Shown here: one piece after another, positions 1 to 9,872 of the stretch
Layout: every line of letters begins with the position of its first letter
Position numbering within the stretch: the first letter of the stretch is position 1
DNA from: Pirellulales bacterium
Lineage (GTDB): Bacteria > Planctomycetota > Planctomycetia > Pirellulales > UBA1268
Direction of reading: 5' to 3'
DNA length: 64,000 nt
NCBI GenBank assembly: GCA_016776925.1
Contig: JADHSL010000003.1
Location: forward strand, 51,412 to 115,411
Notes under the pieces: model-generated
Told to the model about the DNA's origin: nothing
Database searches by the model: none
Seen by the model: only the letters and a program-made list of their open reading frames with translations
Translations under genes and position numbers: made by a program

Positions 1-1126
1 TTAGTTCACTCCCAAGCCCAGAAAGACTTTCGATATCACGATCACTCGCAAATACTATCTGCTTACCAGCCCGGTGAAGCGTATCCACCGTACTTTGCAA
101 TTCAAGCAACGTCGCTCGCTTTCCAACAAAGAATTGCAGATCATCGATGGCTAATAAATCAACCGATCGGCAACTTCTCCGAAAGCCAGGCAGACCACTT
201 CCATGCAGCGCTTGCAGAAAATTAGTCGTAAACTGTTCTGCTGAGAACATGGCTACGGCCAAGCCAGGTCGAGATTGACGAGCATGGTGACATATCCCTG
301 CCAATAGATGACTTTTCCCAACACCACTTGGACCATGCACGAGCACTGGGGACATTTCACCCAGACGGTTGGCTGCTAACTCAACAGCTGCGTACGCCAT
401 CCGATTGCTCGGGCCGACCGAAAATTCATCCAACCTGACCGCGGGGCGTTGTAAACTGTGCTTTTTTGCAGTCTTCAGCGACTTTTCACGTGAATTGTGA
501 CAATCAGATCCAGCACGGAAAGATTTTTTCTGAATCCTTGGTGCGTTGTGAACTTCGGACCTTTTCGGATCGGGAATAGAGCCCCTCTGGGTACCGGCCT
601 CTTTCATATCATCAGCAGGTGCCGTGACTTCAGAAGAGACTTCCTCAAGAGGGCTCCAATTTACTGCCACAGGCCCGCCCAAGATTGTGCTAGCACACTT
701 TGCCACATCTTCGTTGAACGTCTTCCTGAGCCAGTCTCCGGGGTAATTAGGGTCATACAGGACAACCACCTGAGAGAGGCTCTCTTTCGCTACGGCTTCA
801 GAGACATGAACCTCAAAGTTGTCACCAAACCACACAGCAAAACGCTCGTTTCCAAGCCTGGAAAACAGTGCTTCTTTTATACGTTCACCTGTTACACATG
901 ACCCAACAAACGAGGGACTTTCCTCCTCACATGATTCCGTTGGGGGCTTCGATATGCTTGGTTCCGGAACTTTCGGAAGGCTTACTTCACCTATAGGCTG
1001 AAGTTGACCTCTCCTAGAACATCCTCGAGAAGCTTGGGATGCTTTTTGAAACTGTCCTGAAGGCTGGTGAGAGTTCATTTTTGCCACGTTTTGCGACACT
1101 CCATGTCCCGGGGCAGCTCCCGGCAT
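1..1126 (-). CDS. dnaA: Chromosomal replication initiator DnaA. N-terminal and AAA+ part only; the C-terminus runs off the left window edge.
   Basis: Absent from the ORF track because there is no stop codon in the window. Hand translation of the minus frame is open from base 1 up to a stop at 1163-1165. It reads ...FSVGPSNRMAYAAVELAANRLGEMSPVLVHGPSGVGKSHLLAGI (Walker A) ... VDLLAIDDLQFFVGKRATLLELQSTVDTLHRAGKQIVFASDRD (Walker B / DnaA domain III). In-frame ATG codons lie at 1126 and 1078. Confidence 0.85.
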   Translation of the reverse strand, partial: MPGAAPGHGVSQNVAKMNSHQPSGQFQKASQASRGCSRRGQLQPIGEVSLPKVPEPSISKPPTESCEEESPSFVGSCVTGERIKEALFSRLGNERFAVWFGDNFEVHVSEAVAKESLSQVVVLYDPNYPGDWLRKTFNEDVAKCASTILGGPVAVNWSPLEEVSSEVTAPADDMKEAGTQRGSIPDPKRSEVHNAPRIQKKSFRAGSDCHNSREKSLKTAKKHSLQRPAVRLDEFSVGPSNRMAYAAVELAANRLGEMSPVLVHGPSGVGKSHLLAGICHHARQSRPGLAVAMFSAEQFTTNFLQALHGSGLPGFRRSCRSVDLLAIDDLQFFVGKRATLLELQSTVDTLHRAGKQIVFASDRDIESLSGLGSEL

Positions 1127-1515
1127 TAATCCAATGAAATCGATCTTTGGCTCTGAACAAGATCACTTATCCTTCATGACCAAGTTCATGGCAAAGAAAT
1201 GCTCCCGCTCGGCTGTGAATATAGAAGTGCTAGCAATGCTGTCAAACGACCTCTCAAATAAACGCTGTTCATGGCTGTCTTGTGGTCATGATGTTGTTGA
1301 AACCATTGGTGGAAAAGTTGTGGGTTGGATGCATGACGCATTTCTCCTCGTCAAACCAGGTCTGCCAGCAACTTGTTGGGATGGTTACTTTTCAGGCTTT
1401 TGTACAATTTTGATCAAAAATGACATTATTTCCTACTGTCTCCTGAAAACTGAGCTGAAGTCCACTAAACTTATTTGAGTCGTTTCCTCCGTCGATACCT
1501 CTTTGGTAGATCACC

Positions 1516-3138
1516 ATGCTGAAAGCTTTTTTGGGTTGTTGCAGTGGTATCAGTTTGAAACTCTGGTTTTTCCCATGTGTGACTTTTATTTTTCTTGCAC
1601 TCCCTACGCACAACGAAGTGCGTTCCTTCGCGGAAGAATCTCCTGAAAAATTAGCACCTGATGATATTTCGATCGGCGAACCGCTTCAAATCCCACTCCA
1701 TTCGGGCAAGGAAGTACTTTCGGCTAAAAAAGGATCGGAAACCACGGATTCCAATTCTTCACCACGTGAAGAACTGATTCCCCATAATCGCATCACAACA
1801 GAATCCGAAGATGAGAAGGATAAAAAGAAAAAAAACTTATCAGAGACAGTGACCGTATTGTCAAATGGACAGGAAAAGACTGACGACAATTCGACAAAAA
1901 AGAACTCTTCAAAAAACAAGAAAGGGCCACAGGGTTCTGGCTGGCTCGGGCTGATTGTTGATGACTCAATTATCACTGGAAGACTTGTCATCGTGAAGGT
2001 TTCTGATCTGAGCCCGGCAATGCAAGCAGGCATAAAAGCCCAAGATGTGCTCTTGGCAATAGACGGCGAGCCTGTCCAAACCGCGGATCAACTGGCAGCA
2101 CTCCTCGCAGCGATTCCACCAGACAAACAAGTGCGAGCCCTGATTGGTCGCACTGAAGGCGTCAACGAAGTCACCATGACCGCTCGTACCCGGCCTCCTG
2201 TAAGTCGTACACCTGCGCAGGTTCCGCTCTCCCAGTTAGCTGATAGTCGAGGATTGTCTGCCTCGAAGAATGAAGCTTCTCGATTCACTCAATCACCGAC
2301 CCACACGGATGGTTCAGGCACGCCAGTCCCTCCACCATCTGTCACAGTCCCTCCACCATCTGTCACAGTCCCTCCACCATCTGTCACAGTCCCTCCATCA
2401 ATTGTCTCAACACGACCTGAGCAACCCGAGACAAACCAATCGTCTCGATTTTCTACTCCCAACAATGCACAGCCAACCCCGGCTTCGCAGGCAGTTCGTT
2501 CACAAGCACCGGCGTTTGAGCAACCTCCAGCAATTAAGCCATCAGGACGCACAGTACCTGATAATTACCAAGGCCGAACTGCATTAGGAGTCCGAACCCT
2601 ACCGATTGATTCGGCAACTCAAACAAGATACAGACTGCCAAGCCAGACAGGAGCCTACGTCTTTGGCGTTGTACAAAGCCTTCCTGCATCCAATGCGGGC
2701 TTGCCTCCTGGAAGTGTCATTGTTGCTTTTGACAATCGCCCCGTGCGATCGCCTGATGAGCTGAATCATTTTGTCAGGACTACCGCACCAGGCACATTGG
2801 TTTCACTTCAGTACGTTTTGCCTGGTGGCCAATCAAGGCAAACGAATGTTGCTCTACAAAGCATCAATCCAGCGCTTGAGCAAGCGCTGATTGGTGTGCC
2901 TGCAAATGATTTACCTCCCGACACTCTGAACACTCAGACAGTTCGTCGACGTTTACCTGAACCTGCAGATTCAAAGCTGCTTCAGAAAAAGCCAGAGAAC
3001 ACTGCTGCAAAACCTGTTCTTCTCGAAACGGAAATTCAACTGCTCCGAGAGGAGATTCTGCAATTAAGAATACGGATCGAGATGCTCGAGCAGAGTGACC
3101 ATCCGGATAAAAAAAGACAGTATCGAAAACTTCTCTGA
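1516..3138 (+). CDS. Secreted or membrane-anchored protein with two PDZ domains, a Pro-rich repeat linker and a C-terminal coiled coil.
   Basis: Hydrophobic N-terminus. Two PDZ-like blocks (GWLGLIVDD...VKVSDLSPAMQAGIKAQDVLLAIDGEPV and GAYVFGVVQSLPASNAGLPPGSVIVAFDNRPV). A (VTVPPPS)x3 linker. Heptad-like C-terminus LLETEIQLLREEILQLRIRIEMLEQ. Confidence 0.7.
   Translation: MLKAFLGCCSGISLKLWFFPCVTFIFLALPTHNEVRSFAEESPEKLAPDDISIGEPLQIPLHSGKEVLSAKKGSETTDSNSSPREELIPHNRITTESEDEKDKKKKNLSETVTVLSNGQEKTDDNSTKKNSSKNKKGPQGSGWLGLIVDDSIITGRLVIVKVSDLSPAMQAGIKAQDVLLAIDGEPVQTADQLAALLAAIPPDKQVRALIGRTEGVNEVTMTARTRPPVSRTPAQVPLSQLADSRGLSASKNEASRFTQSPTHTDGSGTPVPPPSVTVPPPSVTVPPPSVTVPPSIVSTRPEQPETNQSSRFSTPNNAQPTPASQAVRSQAPAFEQPPAIKPSGRTVPDNYQGRTALGVRTLPIDSATQTRYRLPSQTGAYVFGVVQSLPASNAGLPPGSVIVAFDNRPVRSPDELNHFVRTTAPGTLVSLQYVLPGGQSRQTNVALQSINPALEQALIGVPANDLPPDTLNTQTVRRRLPEPADSKLLQKKPENTAAKPVLLETEIQLLREEILQLRIRIEMLEQSDHPDKKRQYRKLL
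2328..2397 (+). repeat. 21-bp perfect tandem repeat, about 3.3 copies, inside the PDZ gene.
   Basis: The unit ccctccaccatctgtcacagt occurs at 2328, 2349 and 2370, followed by a partial copy. It encodes VTVPPPS x3. Confidence 0.9.
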
Positions 3139-3161
3139 CTACCCAGCCGACCGTCAGAAGA

Positions 3162-4061
3162 TCATTCCGTATCCTTAAAGATTTTCTGGTGAATGCTCGG
3201 TTCAATTCCTAGACGGTCGAATTCCTCGGCAAGAGAAATTCCTTGAGGCCCTTCTAACAGAGTTGACCATTTTGCAACTCGGGAAACCTCAGGCCACACA
3301 GTGCAGTCACCACTTCGGCGCCCTCCTGCAAGAGCCCATCTTTCTGCGTCATTGCTCAAGTAATTCAATACCTGCTCTACTCCAACACGGTGTGTCTCGA
3401 GACCATCGCGGTCAAGGTTTGGGGGGATATAAATTGGTCGGCTCACCACGGCACGACTCCGACTCCCCGGCCGTGGAATTGCGAACTTATCCCACGTGCC
3501 CAACCGCCATGGTCGATCATATCCAAACCCCATCGCGACAATTGGAATTTTCAGGGTGCTTGCAAGAAACACGCATCCAACAGCAAGACGACGGCGAGGG
3601 CCGCGAGGACCATCGGGAGTAATCGTGAGGCTTTCATTTCTCGCCCTATCAGACAATTCTCGCAGAGCAGTTGAGCCACCACGAAAGGTACTCCCACGAA
3701 CCACACCAAAACCCATCATCCGTGCAACTCGATCAAGGACATTGGCATCGTCATGGCGAGACAAAAGCATTGCTATATTGCAGTGTCCACGTAAGTAGAG
3801 TGGTAACAAAATATTCTCGTGCCAAAAAATATATATCTTTGGACCGCGAAAGTCTTGATGAACAGGGTCTACTAATCGATCACCGTACTGTACCCGAGAG
3901 CGTACCGTTCCGAGCCATCGGCGAATAACAGCTGCCGCTACGAGAGAGCAGCTACCTATAGCCAATTGAGATTGTATTTTCATGGAAAAACTTATTCGCT
4001 TTTTACACACCGAATATTTGACTCGTTGACTGGCACCCCGAAGACTGAGGGAAAAAAACAC
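3162..4061 (-). CDS. DUF374 / lysophospholipid acyltransferase-like family protein. The start is probably internal to this ORF.
   Basis: Family-typical blocks FWHENILLP, SRHDDANVLDRVARMMGFGVVRGSTFRGG, ITPDGPRGPRRRL and WDKFAIPRPGSR. The 299-aa ORF is longer than typical family members. An alternative ATG lies near 3983. Confidence 0.65.
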   Translation of the reverse strand: MFFSLSLRGASQRVKYSVCKKRISFSMKIQSQLAIGSCSLVAAAVIRRWLGTVRSRVQYGDRLVDPVHQDFRGPKIYIFWHENILLPLYLRGHCNIAMLLSRHDDANVLDRVARMMGFGVVRGSTFRGGSTALRELSDRARNESLTITPDGPRGPRRRLAVGCVFLASTLKIPIVAMGFGYDRPWRLGTWDKFAIPRPGSRSRAVVSRPIYIPPNLDRDGLETHRVGVEQVLNYLSNDAERWALAGGRRSGDCTVWPEVSRVAKWSTLLEGPQGISLAEEFDRLGIEPSIHQKIFKDTE

Positions 4062-4074
4062 ATCTCAGACTACA

Positions 4075-5058
4075 CTAGCCCTCAGAGGAATCAGCCAGCC
4101 TGGGAACCAACCCCTCCCAAACCCCCTGAAAAACTTCTTCCGCAGGGCCAGACATGAAAACGGAACCTTGCCCATCCCAAGACAAATCCAGCTCGCCTCC
4201 TGGCAACTCCGCTCTGATTGTTCCATCAGTACGGCCAGTAAGCCTCCCGGCAACACATACGGCTGAAGCACCTGTGCCACACGCCTGAGTGGGCCCACTC
4301 CCTCGCTCCCACGTAACCATCTTCACTCGATTGTTTGATTGACACTCGACAAAATGAACATTTACCCGATGTGGAAAAAAACTATGGTTTTCAATGATTG
4401 GTCCAACGGTTTCCAGCGGAACTTTCTCAACATCACCACAATAAAAGATTGCATGGGGATTACCCATCGAAACGCACGTCATGCGAGCATCTAATCGCGC
4501 CAAGTCCCACCAGTCAGAATGCTTACCAATAACTGCTGAAACAGAATCAATAACGGGACCATTCATCAGAGAAGCATCGACCGGGATATCCGCTGGTTCA
4601 AGCAAAGGCCGCCCCATATCAACCCGAACCTGACTAAGCCTCGAGTCTGACGGTGATACAACAAGGTCTAGAATTCCTCGCCCGGTCTCAATAGTCAAGT
4701 TACCAACTGCTGCATACCCACGTGAGACGACTATGTGCCCGACACACCTCACGCCATTTCCACACATTTCTGATTCACTACCATCGGCATTAAACATTCG
4801 CATTCTTGCTACTGCTTTTTTCGACGGCTCAACAAGTATCAAACCGTCTCCACCGATGCCGCGGTGCCTATCAGCGAGCACTCGTGCAAGGGCGGCGGGA
4901 TCAAATGACGCTGATTCGGCAAAGCGATCGATATAAACATAGTCGTTCCCCAAGCCATGCATTTTAATAAATGAAAGACCTTGGCGAATCATTCTGTCGT
5001 TCTGCGTCACCTTCATTCCACTCCTAGAAAATATTTTCATTACCACACAACTGCTCAT
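4075..5058 (-). CDS. dapF: Diaminopimelate epimerase.
   Basis: FIKMHGLGNDYVYID, NADGSESEMCGNGVRC, SMGNPHAIFY and ACGTGASA (the two catalytic Cys motifs). The true start is likely ATG 4992 or 5016, because the 327-aa ORF carries an atypical 20-30 aa leader. Confidence 0.9.
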   Translation of the reverse strand: MSSCVVMKIFSRSGMKVTQNDRMIRQGLSFIKMHGLGNDYVYIDRFAESASFDPAALARVLADRHRGIGGDGLILVEPSKKAVARMRMFNADGSESEMCGNGVRCVGHIVVSRGYAAVGNLTIETGRGILDLVVSPSDSRLSQVRVDMGRPLLEPADIPVDASLMNGPVIDSVSAVIGKHSDWWDLARLDARMTCVSMGNPHAIFYCGDVEKVPLETVGPIIENHSFFPHRVNVHFVECQSNNRVKMVTWERGSGPTQACGTGASAVCVAGRLTGRTDGTIRAELPGGELDLSWDGQGSVFMSGPAEEVFQGVWEGLVPRLADSSEG

Positions 5059-5165
5059 TACATACGACTATTCTTTCATCTCATCAAGTAGCCGATCACG
5101 AACACCCGCCAAGACTGTGGCACATATCTTACGGCGCAACCTACCAATGTAGCTATAAATCACTT

Positions 5166-8100
5166 TCACTTCTTACTTCCGGTCGGCGGACGGCTAGCCG
5201 TCCGCCGAAGCTTGGTCTTTCCTTGCCGCTGAGACTGCAACTTTTGTATGGCTGCGGCGAGTGTGGGAAACGCTTCAGTAGAGAGTTCAGGCGACCCCAG
5301 GGACCCGTCGACATGTAAAAGGAGGAATTGCCCGCTGGCACCTCCGAGCATGCGTTTCATCGCCGGAAGTTGCTCCTCTGCATCTCCCATTATCGACCGA
5401 AAAGTCATCTGAACGTCACCATCAAAACCAACTTCTCCATTCCCAACGAGACTTATGGCATCGCCTGCTAACTCAATTTCATCAAGGTAAGCATGAGGAC
5501 CTGCAATGCGAAACTGAATAAAACTTGAGCCGAAAGCATTTCGATCGGGTGCTTTCACTCGGAGCATCTTAAGCATTGCTACTACAAGGGGAAGTTCGTA
5601 AACATCTGCATCACGAATCCGCATCTGACCATGACCACGTAGAGAATGAGTCCCGGCGCGACTGCCACTAACCTCAACAGAACCAAAGACTCTCCCTTTA
5701 AAACGATGAGGAGTTCCATGGGAATCACACACAATGCGCTCAAGATCTGCATCGGCAAGGGAGGCTGAGACCGTAAAGCCCCCAAGCCCCGAAGAGGACG
5801 CCATGCCATCAACTTCTATTATTCCTCCAGCCACCTTGGCAGAAAGTCGACGAGGCGCCATACCATCTGATACCGTCATCGCGCCAAATCGCACTCCTGA
5901 TTGATCCATAAGAATTGGGCCTCTCACCTGAGTAAGCTGAATACCTCGCCAGATCGCGCTGTCTAAATCTATTTCTCCAACAGCAGACCATCGTTGTCCG
6001 TCAGTTTTGCCCTGAAGGCTTAAGCCGCCATGCACATTATTCAGCGCCACACCTACGTCAAAGCACCCCTGCTCTACATCAAGATGGCAATTCCAAGAAG
6101 CCGCACAACGACGCTTCGTTGAACTGCCTTGCTGCACAACGTTCGTTGAATAAACATCGAGACTGCCATCGATTGAAAGTAATCCGCTGGGGCCTACGGT
6201 TGCTAATGCTTCCTGCAAACCGTTCGGTAGAGCACGCAACAACTCGTGATCGGCACGAAACCGGTCAGCTGACAAATGGGAAAGTGAAACATGCCAGCTT
6301 CCGTCCGGAAGAAATCGACAGTTCCCTTCTGTAGAAACAGTTGTACGTGCATGCACACCCCGCCACCCAGAAAGCTGAAGAAGGCCGTTATTCCAGCTAA
6401 GCCTTCCTTGCAGCTGCTCTAAGCGGTATGGGAACCAAGCAGGCTCGATTGACACTGTGTTTGCGTGTGGAATTGCATCAAGGATGACTTCTGTCTTTTT
6501 TTGTTCAACAGTATGTTTTACAGTTGCAACAAAATCTGCTTTCCCTCGCGGCGCAAGGTCGTCCCAGAAACGACCAACACTAGCCGGAAGCGCGTCCCGC
6601 AATTCTTGATCCAACACAACCTCACTACCGGATAATTCGAGCGTAAGCACGCCTCGTTCTCCTGCACTTCGGTCAAGGCGACCAGAACAATGAACGATTC
6701 CAGTATCGTTTCGACCTGTTATGCCCGTAAGTGTCCAATCTTCTCCGACCATCTGCACAGACCCCTGCACGTTGGTTAACGGATACGGAAACCTGACATC
6801 CTTGAGAGTGCAGTCCCTAAGTCTGATATCAAGTGAATTCGAGTGCCCTTTGGGAAACGTAGGGGCACGATCCTGGCGAAAGACAAAATCAAAGGTCCCA
6901 TTGGCATGGAGGCGTTCTAAGATTTCAGCTCCTCGAGCAGGCATTGCAGTCAACAATCGTTCATCGATTGGCATGTCTCTGCCGCGAACCTCAACGTGGC
7001 CTACCGAACCAGTATCTGCCAATTGAACCACACCATTTACTTGAACAGGATTACCGCCAGCCTGACCCGTCAAGTGCATCGTGAGCTGATTGTCTTCGAA
7101 GATCACAGTACCAACTGTCCTATCAAGTCGGTACGGAAATCGATAATGAGTCAATGCAATATTTCTGCATCGCAGCGACACTTTGGGTTTTGTAAAACCA
7201 TTCTTGCGATGGACTTCGGCTCGAACATCAACCTCGCCTTGGGGGAGAATTTTTTGCCAGTGCCCTAACCACTCCGGTGGTAGAAATGGCTGCCATTGCC
7301 TACCAACAATGAGCCGCTCTGCTTCAAGAAGGCATTCGAAATCAGACTGCTTTGACCACCCTTTAACTCTTGCAGAACCTTGAAAATGTGATCCACCTGA
7401 CTGGGCAACGATAGATTGTATTTCAGACCCACTCTGATTAGCCGTAAACGTTGCTGCGACATCAGCTAATGAAAAAGGTAATCGCTGATGCTCGAAACGT
7501 CCATCACTCACATGGCCACGAACATCAAATATCGTTTCAGCGAGAGCATCCATAGATCCCGCAGCAGACAATGAAAGCGAGAGTCGCATACTCAGGCCAT
7601 CAATTGTCTCTCTCCACCACGTATCTTCAAAGAACTGGACTGGGCCTAGAGACAAGAGCCGTGGCTGAAAATCAAATTCTTGAAGAACTGCCTCCAACTC
7701 AAAACGTTTCGCAGAAAGCGACACTGCACCAGAAACCGTAAGGTGCTCAAAAGTCTGTCCATTAAGGCTCAGATGCATCTTTGACCATAGTGCCCCTTGG
7801 CTATCACTTACCCCTGGCTCTAGTTCGAGCCGCCCTTGCTGAAATGTCTCCTGAAAAGACGTTTCAACGTCTTCATAAAGTATTGTGGCTGATTCAACAG
7901 AAACTGGAATGGCAACATTTGCATCTGAATTCCCAAATAATTTTTGAATATTCCATGTGCCATTCTGAAAATGGACTGCGTGCAATGTTGGCCGTACCAC
8001 TCTGATAGAGTCGATGTCTGGCTGCCCCATTGCAAGATTTGTTAACGTGGCATCGCATGCGAGATGCACTTCCTCGACTCGCAGAATCTGCTGCCAATTC

Positions 8101-8351
8101 TCAGGCATGGTCTTGTCGATAAGTGACAGCCCATGAATCACTATGCCCTCACCTTTGTTGAGACTTGCTTGCTGCACATCAACCTGCAGGCTGGGAAATC
8201 GTTCAGCAAGTACGTCTTCAACACGCGCACAAATCTCATCATTAATGCGGCTTGTCCCAACAGCTATTGCTGCCACGACTCCCGCAAATGTAATAGGGAT
8301 AGCCCAACGGACGAGCGACCAAAGCAAGTCTGAGAGACTGTTCACGCGCAA
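5166..8351 (-). CDS. Large AsmA/TamB-like envelope protein with an N-terminal membrane anchor.
   Basis: 1061 aa with a single N-terminal TM (WAIPITFAGVVAAIAVG). Long beta-rich repetitive body. AsmA-like C-terminal region (RIRDADVYELPLVVAMLKMLRV...FIQFRIAGPHAYLDEIELAGDAISLVGNGEV). The ORF-track start is TTG, so the exact start is uncertain. Confidence 0.55.
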   Translation of the reverse strand: MRVNSLSDLLWSLVRWAIPITFAGVVAAIAVGTSRINDEICARVEDVLAERFPSLQVDVQQASLNKGEGIVIHGLSLIDKTMPENWQQILRVEEVHLACDATLTNLAMGQPDIDSIRVVRPTLHAVHFQNGTWNIQKLFGNSDANVAIPVSVESATILYEDVETSFQETFQQGRLELEPGVSDSQGALWSKMHLSLNGQTFEHLTVSGAVSLSAKRFELEAVLQEFDFQPRLLSLGPVQFFEDTWWRETIDGLSMRLSLSLSAAGSMDALAETIFDVRGHVSDGRFEHQRLPFSLADVAATFTANQSGSEIQSIVAQSGGSHFQGSARVKGWSKQSDFECLLEAERLIVGRQWQPFLPPEWLGHWQKILPQGEVDVRAEVHRKNGFTKPKVSLRCRNIALTHYRFPYRLDRTVGTVIFEDNQLTMHLTGQAGGNPVQVNGVVQLADTGSVGHVEVRGRDMPIDERLLTAMPARGAEILERLHANGTFDFVFRQDRAPTFPKGHSNSLDIRLRDCTLKDVRFPYPLTNVQGSVQMVGEDWTLTGITGRNDTGIVHCSGRLDRSAGERGVLTLELSGSEVVLDQELRDALPASVGRFWDDLAPRGKADFVATVKHTVEQKKTEVILDAIPHANTVSIEPAWFPYRLEQLQGRLSWNNGLLQLSGWRGVHARTTVSTEGNCRFLPDGSWHVSLSHLSADRFRADHELLRALPNGLQEALATVGPSGLLSIDGSLDVYSTNVVQQGSSTKRRCAASWNCHLDVEQGCFDVGVALNNVHGGLSLQGKTDGQRWSAVGEIDLDSAIWRGIQLTQVRGPILMDQSGVRFGAMTVSDGMAPRRLSAKVAGGIIEVDGMASSSGLGGFTVSASLADADLERIVCDSHGTPHRFKGRVFGSVEVSGSRAGTHSLRGHGQMRIRDADVYELPLVVAMLKMLRVKAPDRNAFGSSFIQFRIAGPHAYLDEIELAGDAISLVGNGEVGFDGDVQMTFRSIMGDAEEQLPAMKRMLGGASGQFLLLHVDGSLGSPELSTEAFPTLAAAIQKLQSQRQGKTKLRRTASRPPTGSKK

Positions 8352-8625
8352 CCCTAGAAAATGAAAAGCCTGATTGAATAAAACAACGAAGAGAGACGAT
8401 AGAAGTGACGCCTCTTGTCGGTCAAGACACCAATATGACTACAGCCCCCCCTGATCCCCGCAGACTACAACTATCAACTAACCTTCGCAGACCACCACGG
8501 CACGACAGAAACACAGCGTTGACACCGAAATCTTTAGCTCCAACAGAAACTGCTTCCCTACACCAAGATATTCTTCATTGTGTCTCTCTCCCTGTTGTGT
8601 GATTAAAAAGTGGCACTCATGTTCT

Positions 8626-9669
8626 TCATTTCACCTGAAGTGAAAGACCTTTACTGGTGAGTCGAGCATGAATTCCGCCAGGTAGATCAACTGCATTCGG
8701 AACAGTACTTCTTTCCAAACTGCCACAAAAAATCATTTCGGTTAACTGCTTGAGATGTTTGCTAGAAAGCTCCTGCCGTGGCCAACCTTTCCTTTTCCAG
8801 ATTTCAATTAATGCCTCAGGCATGATATGCAGATCATCTCCTACTCGTTTTTGATGAATGAGTATTTCACCATCAGGCTTTTGCTCAATACTCTTTTCAA
8901 TCATTACATCAATTGTTTTTGAACGAGACGACATTTCCACACTTGCTTGCTCCCCGAACCTCACGAGAGACTCTATCGCAGCCGGATAGGGACCAGCTTC
9001 AGCTTCTGCCAAAACATGATGGCGAAGAAAATTCCTAGCAAAACACATTTGATTATTGGACTTATCTTCTCGCCACTCTTGTCCAATTGCTTCGAGGAAT
9101 TCCCGTGGCTTCTGTCTTCTTATTTTTAACAAAGGACGAACCAGACTTACCCCTTTACAGAGCTCACGGGCCCCTGCCATGCCCGCCACCCCTCCAAGGC
9201 CAGTCCCGCGTAGAAGACGATGCAAAATTGTCTCCGCCTGGTCATCACGGGTATGTCCTACAGCGACGTGTCTTGCTCCAATCTCAAATGCCAGCCGAGA
9301 AAAAAAGTCGTAGCGGAGTTGTCTTGCTACTGCCTCCGTACCACCACCTTGCTGCACCTTAGATGCTTCTTGAATACGAACTTTTTCCCAATAACAAGAG
9401 AAACCGAGTTGCTCGGCATGCTGAACAACAAACTCCCGATCACGACTGGCCTCGGGTCGGAGATCATATTCAACATGGGCAACAGCTACCGATGGACTCT
9501 CTTCCCGTCTTGAGAGTTCTGCCAGACTGCACAAGAGAGCCATGCTATCCGCCCCACCGGACACACCAATGATAACTGGCTGCTGCCAATCCCAACTGGA
9601 TGGCAACCCATCAGAAACGTCAGCCGAAAATTCAGAGAGTCCGTCGTTGATACTCATTGCCCAACACAC
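8626..9669 (-). CDS. tilS: tRNA(Ile)-lysidine synthetase.
   Basis: PP-loop VIIGVSGGADSMALL and HTRDDQAETILHRLLRGTG. Confidence 0.88.
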   Translation of the reverse strand: MCWAMSINDGLSEFSADVSDGLPSSWDWQQPVIIGVSGGADSMALLCSLAELSRREESPSVAVAHVEYDLRPEASRDREFVVQHAEQLGFSCYWEKVRIQEASKVQQGGGTEAVARQLRYDFFSRLAFEIGARHVAVGHTRDDQAETILHRLLRGTGLGGVAGMAGARELCKGVSLVRPLLKIRRQKPREFLEAIGQEWREDKSNNQMCFARNFLRHHVLAEAEAGPYPAAIESLVRFGEQASVEMSSRSKTIDVMIEKSIEQKPDGEILIHQKRVGDDLHIMPEALIEIWKRKGWPRQELSSKHLKQLTEMIFCGSLERSTVPNAVDLPGGIHARLTSKGLSLQVK

Positions 9670-9872
9670 ATGATCCTAAACACACACGCCTTTGAGCCCC
9701 AATTCTTCAGTGAAACCTCGCAGCAAGGCTTCCTCTTTTCTCCATCCTACCACTCTAGACAAAAAACGCTGGTATTTGCCAATTCCGCACGGACAATCCA
9801 TGCCTTCTTCAACGAACTGCCGTTGAGATCGGACGACTTATCTCGTTAGCCTCTCGTCCTCGCAACAAAGCC

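Noticed and set aside
1167-1222. DnaA-box-like 9-mers (TTATCCTTC and TGTGAATAT) upstream of dnaA.
   Set aside because: Each has 2-3 mismatches to TTATCCACA, which is expected by chance in 389 nt. They are not enough to call an oriC or an autoregulatory site.
1134-1478. A 114-aa plus-strand ORF filling the dnaA-PDZ spacer.
   Set aside because: It has no recognisable motif and an odd Cys/Trp-rich composition. It sits in what is most simply a divergent promoter region. I cannot exclude it, but I see nothing to support it as a gene.
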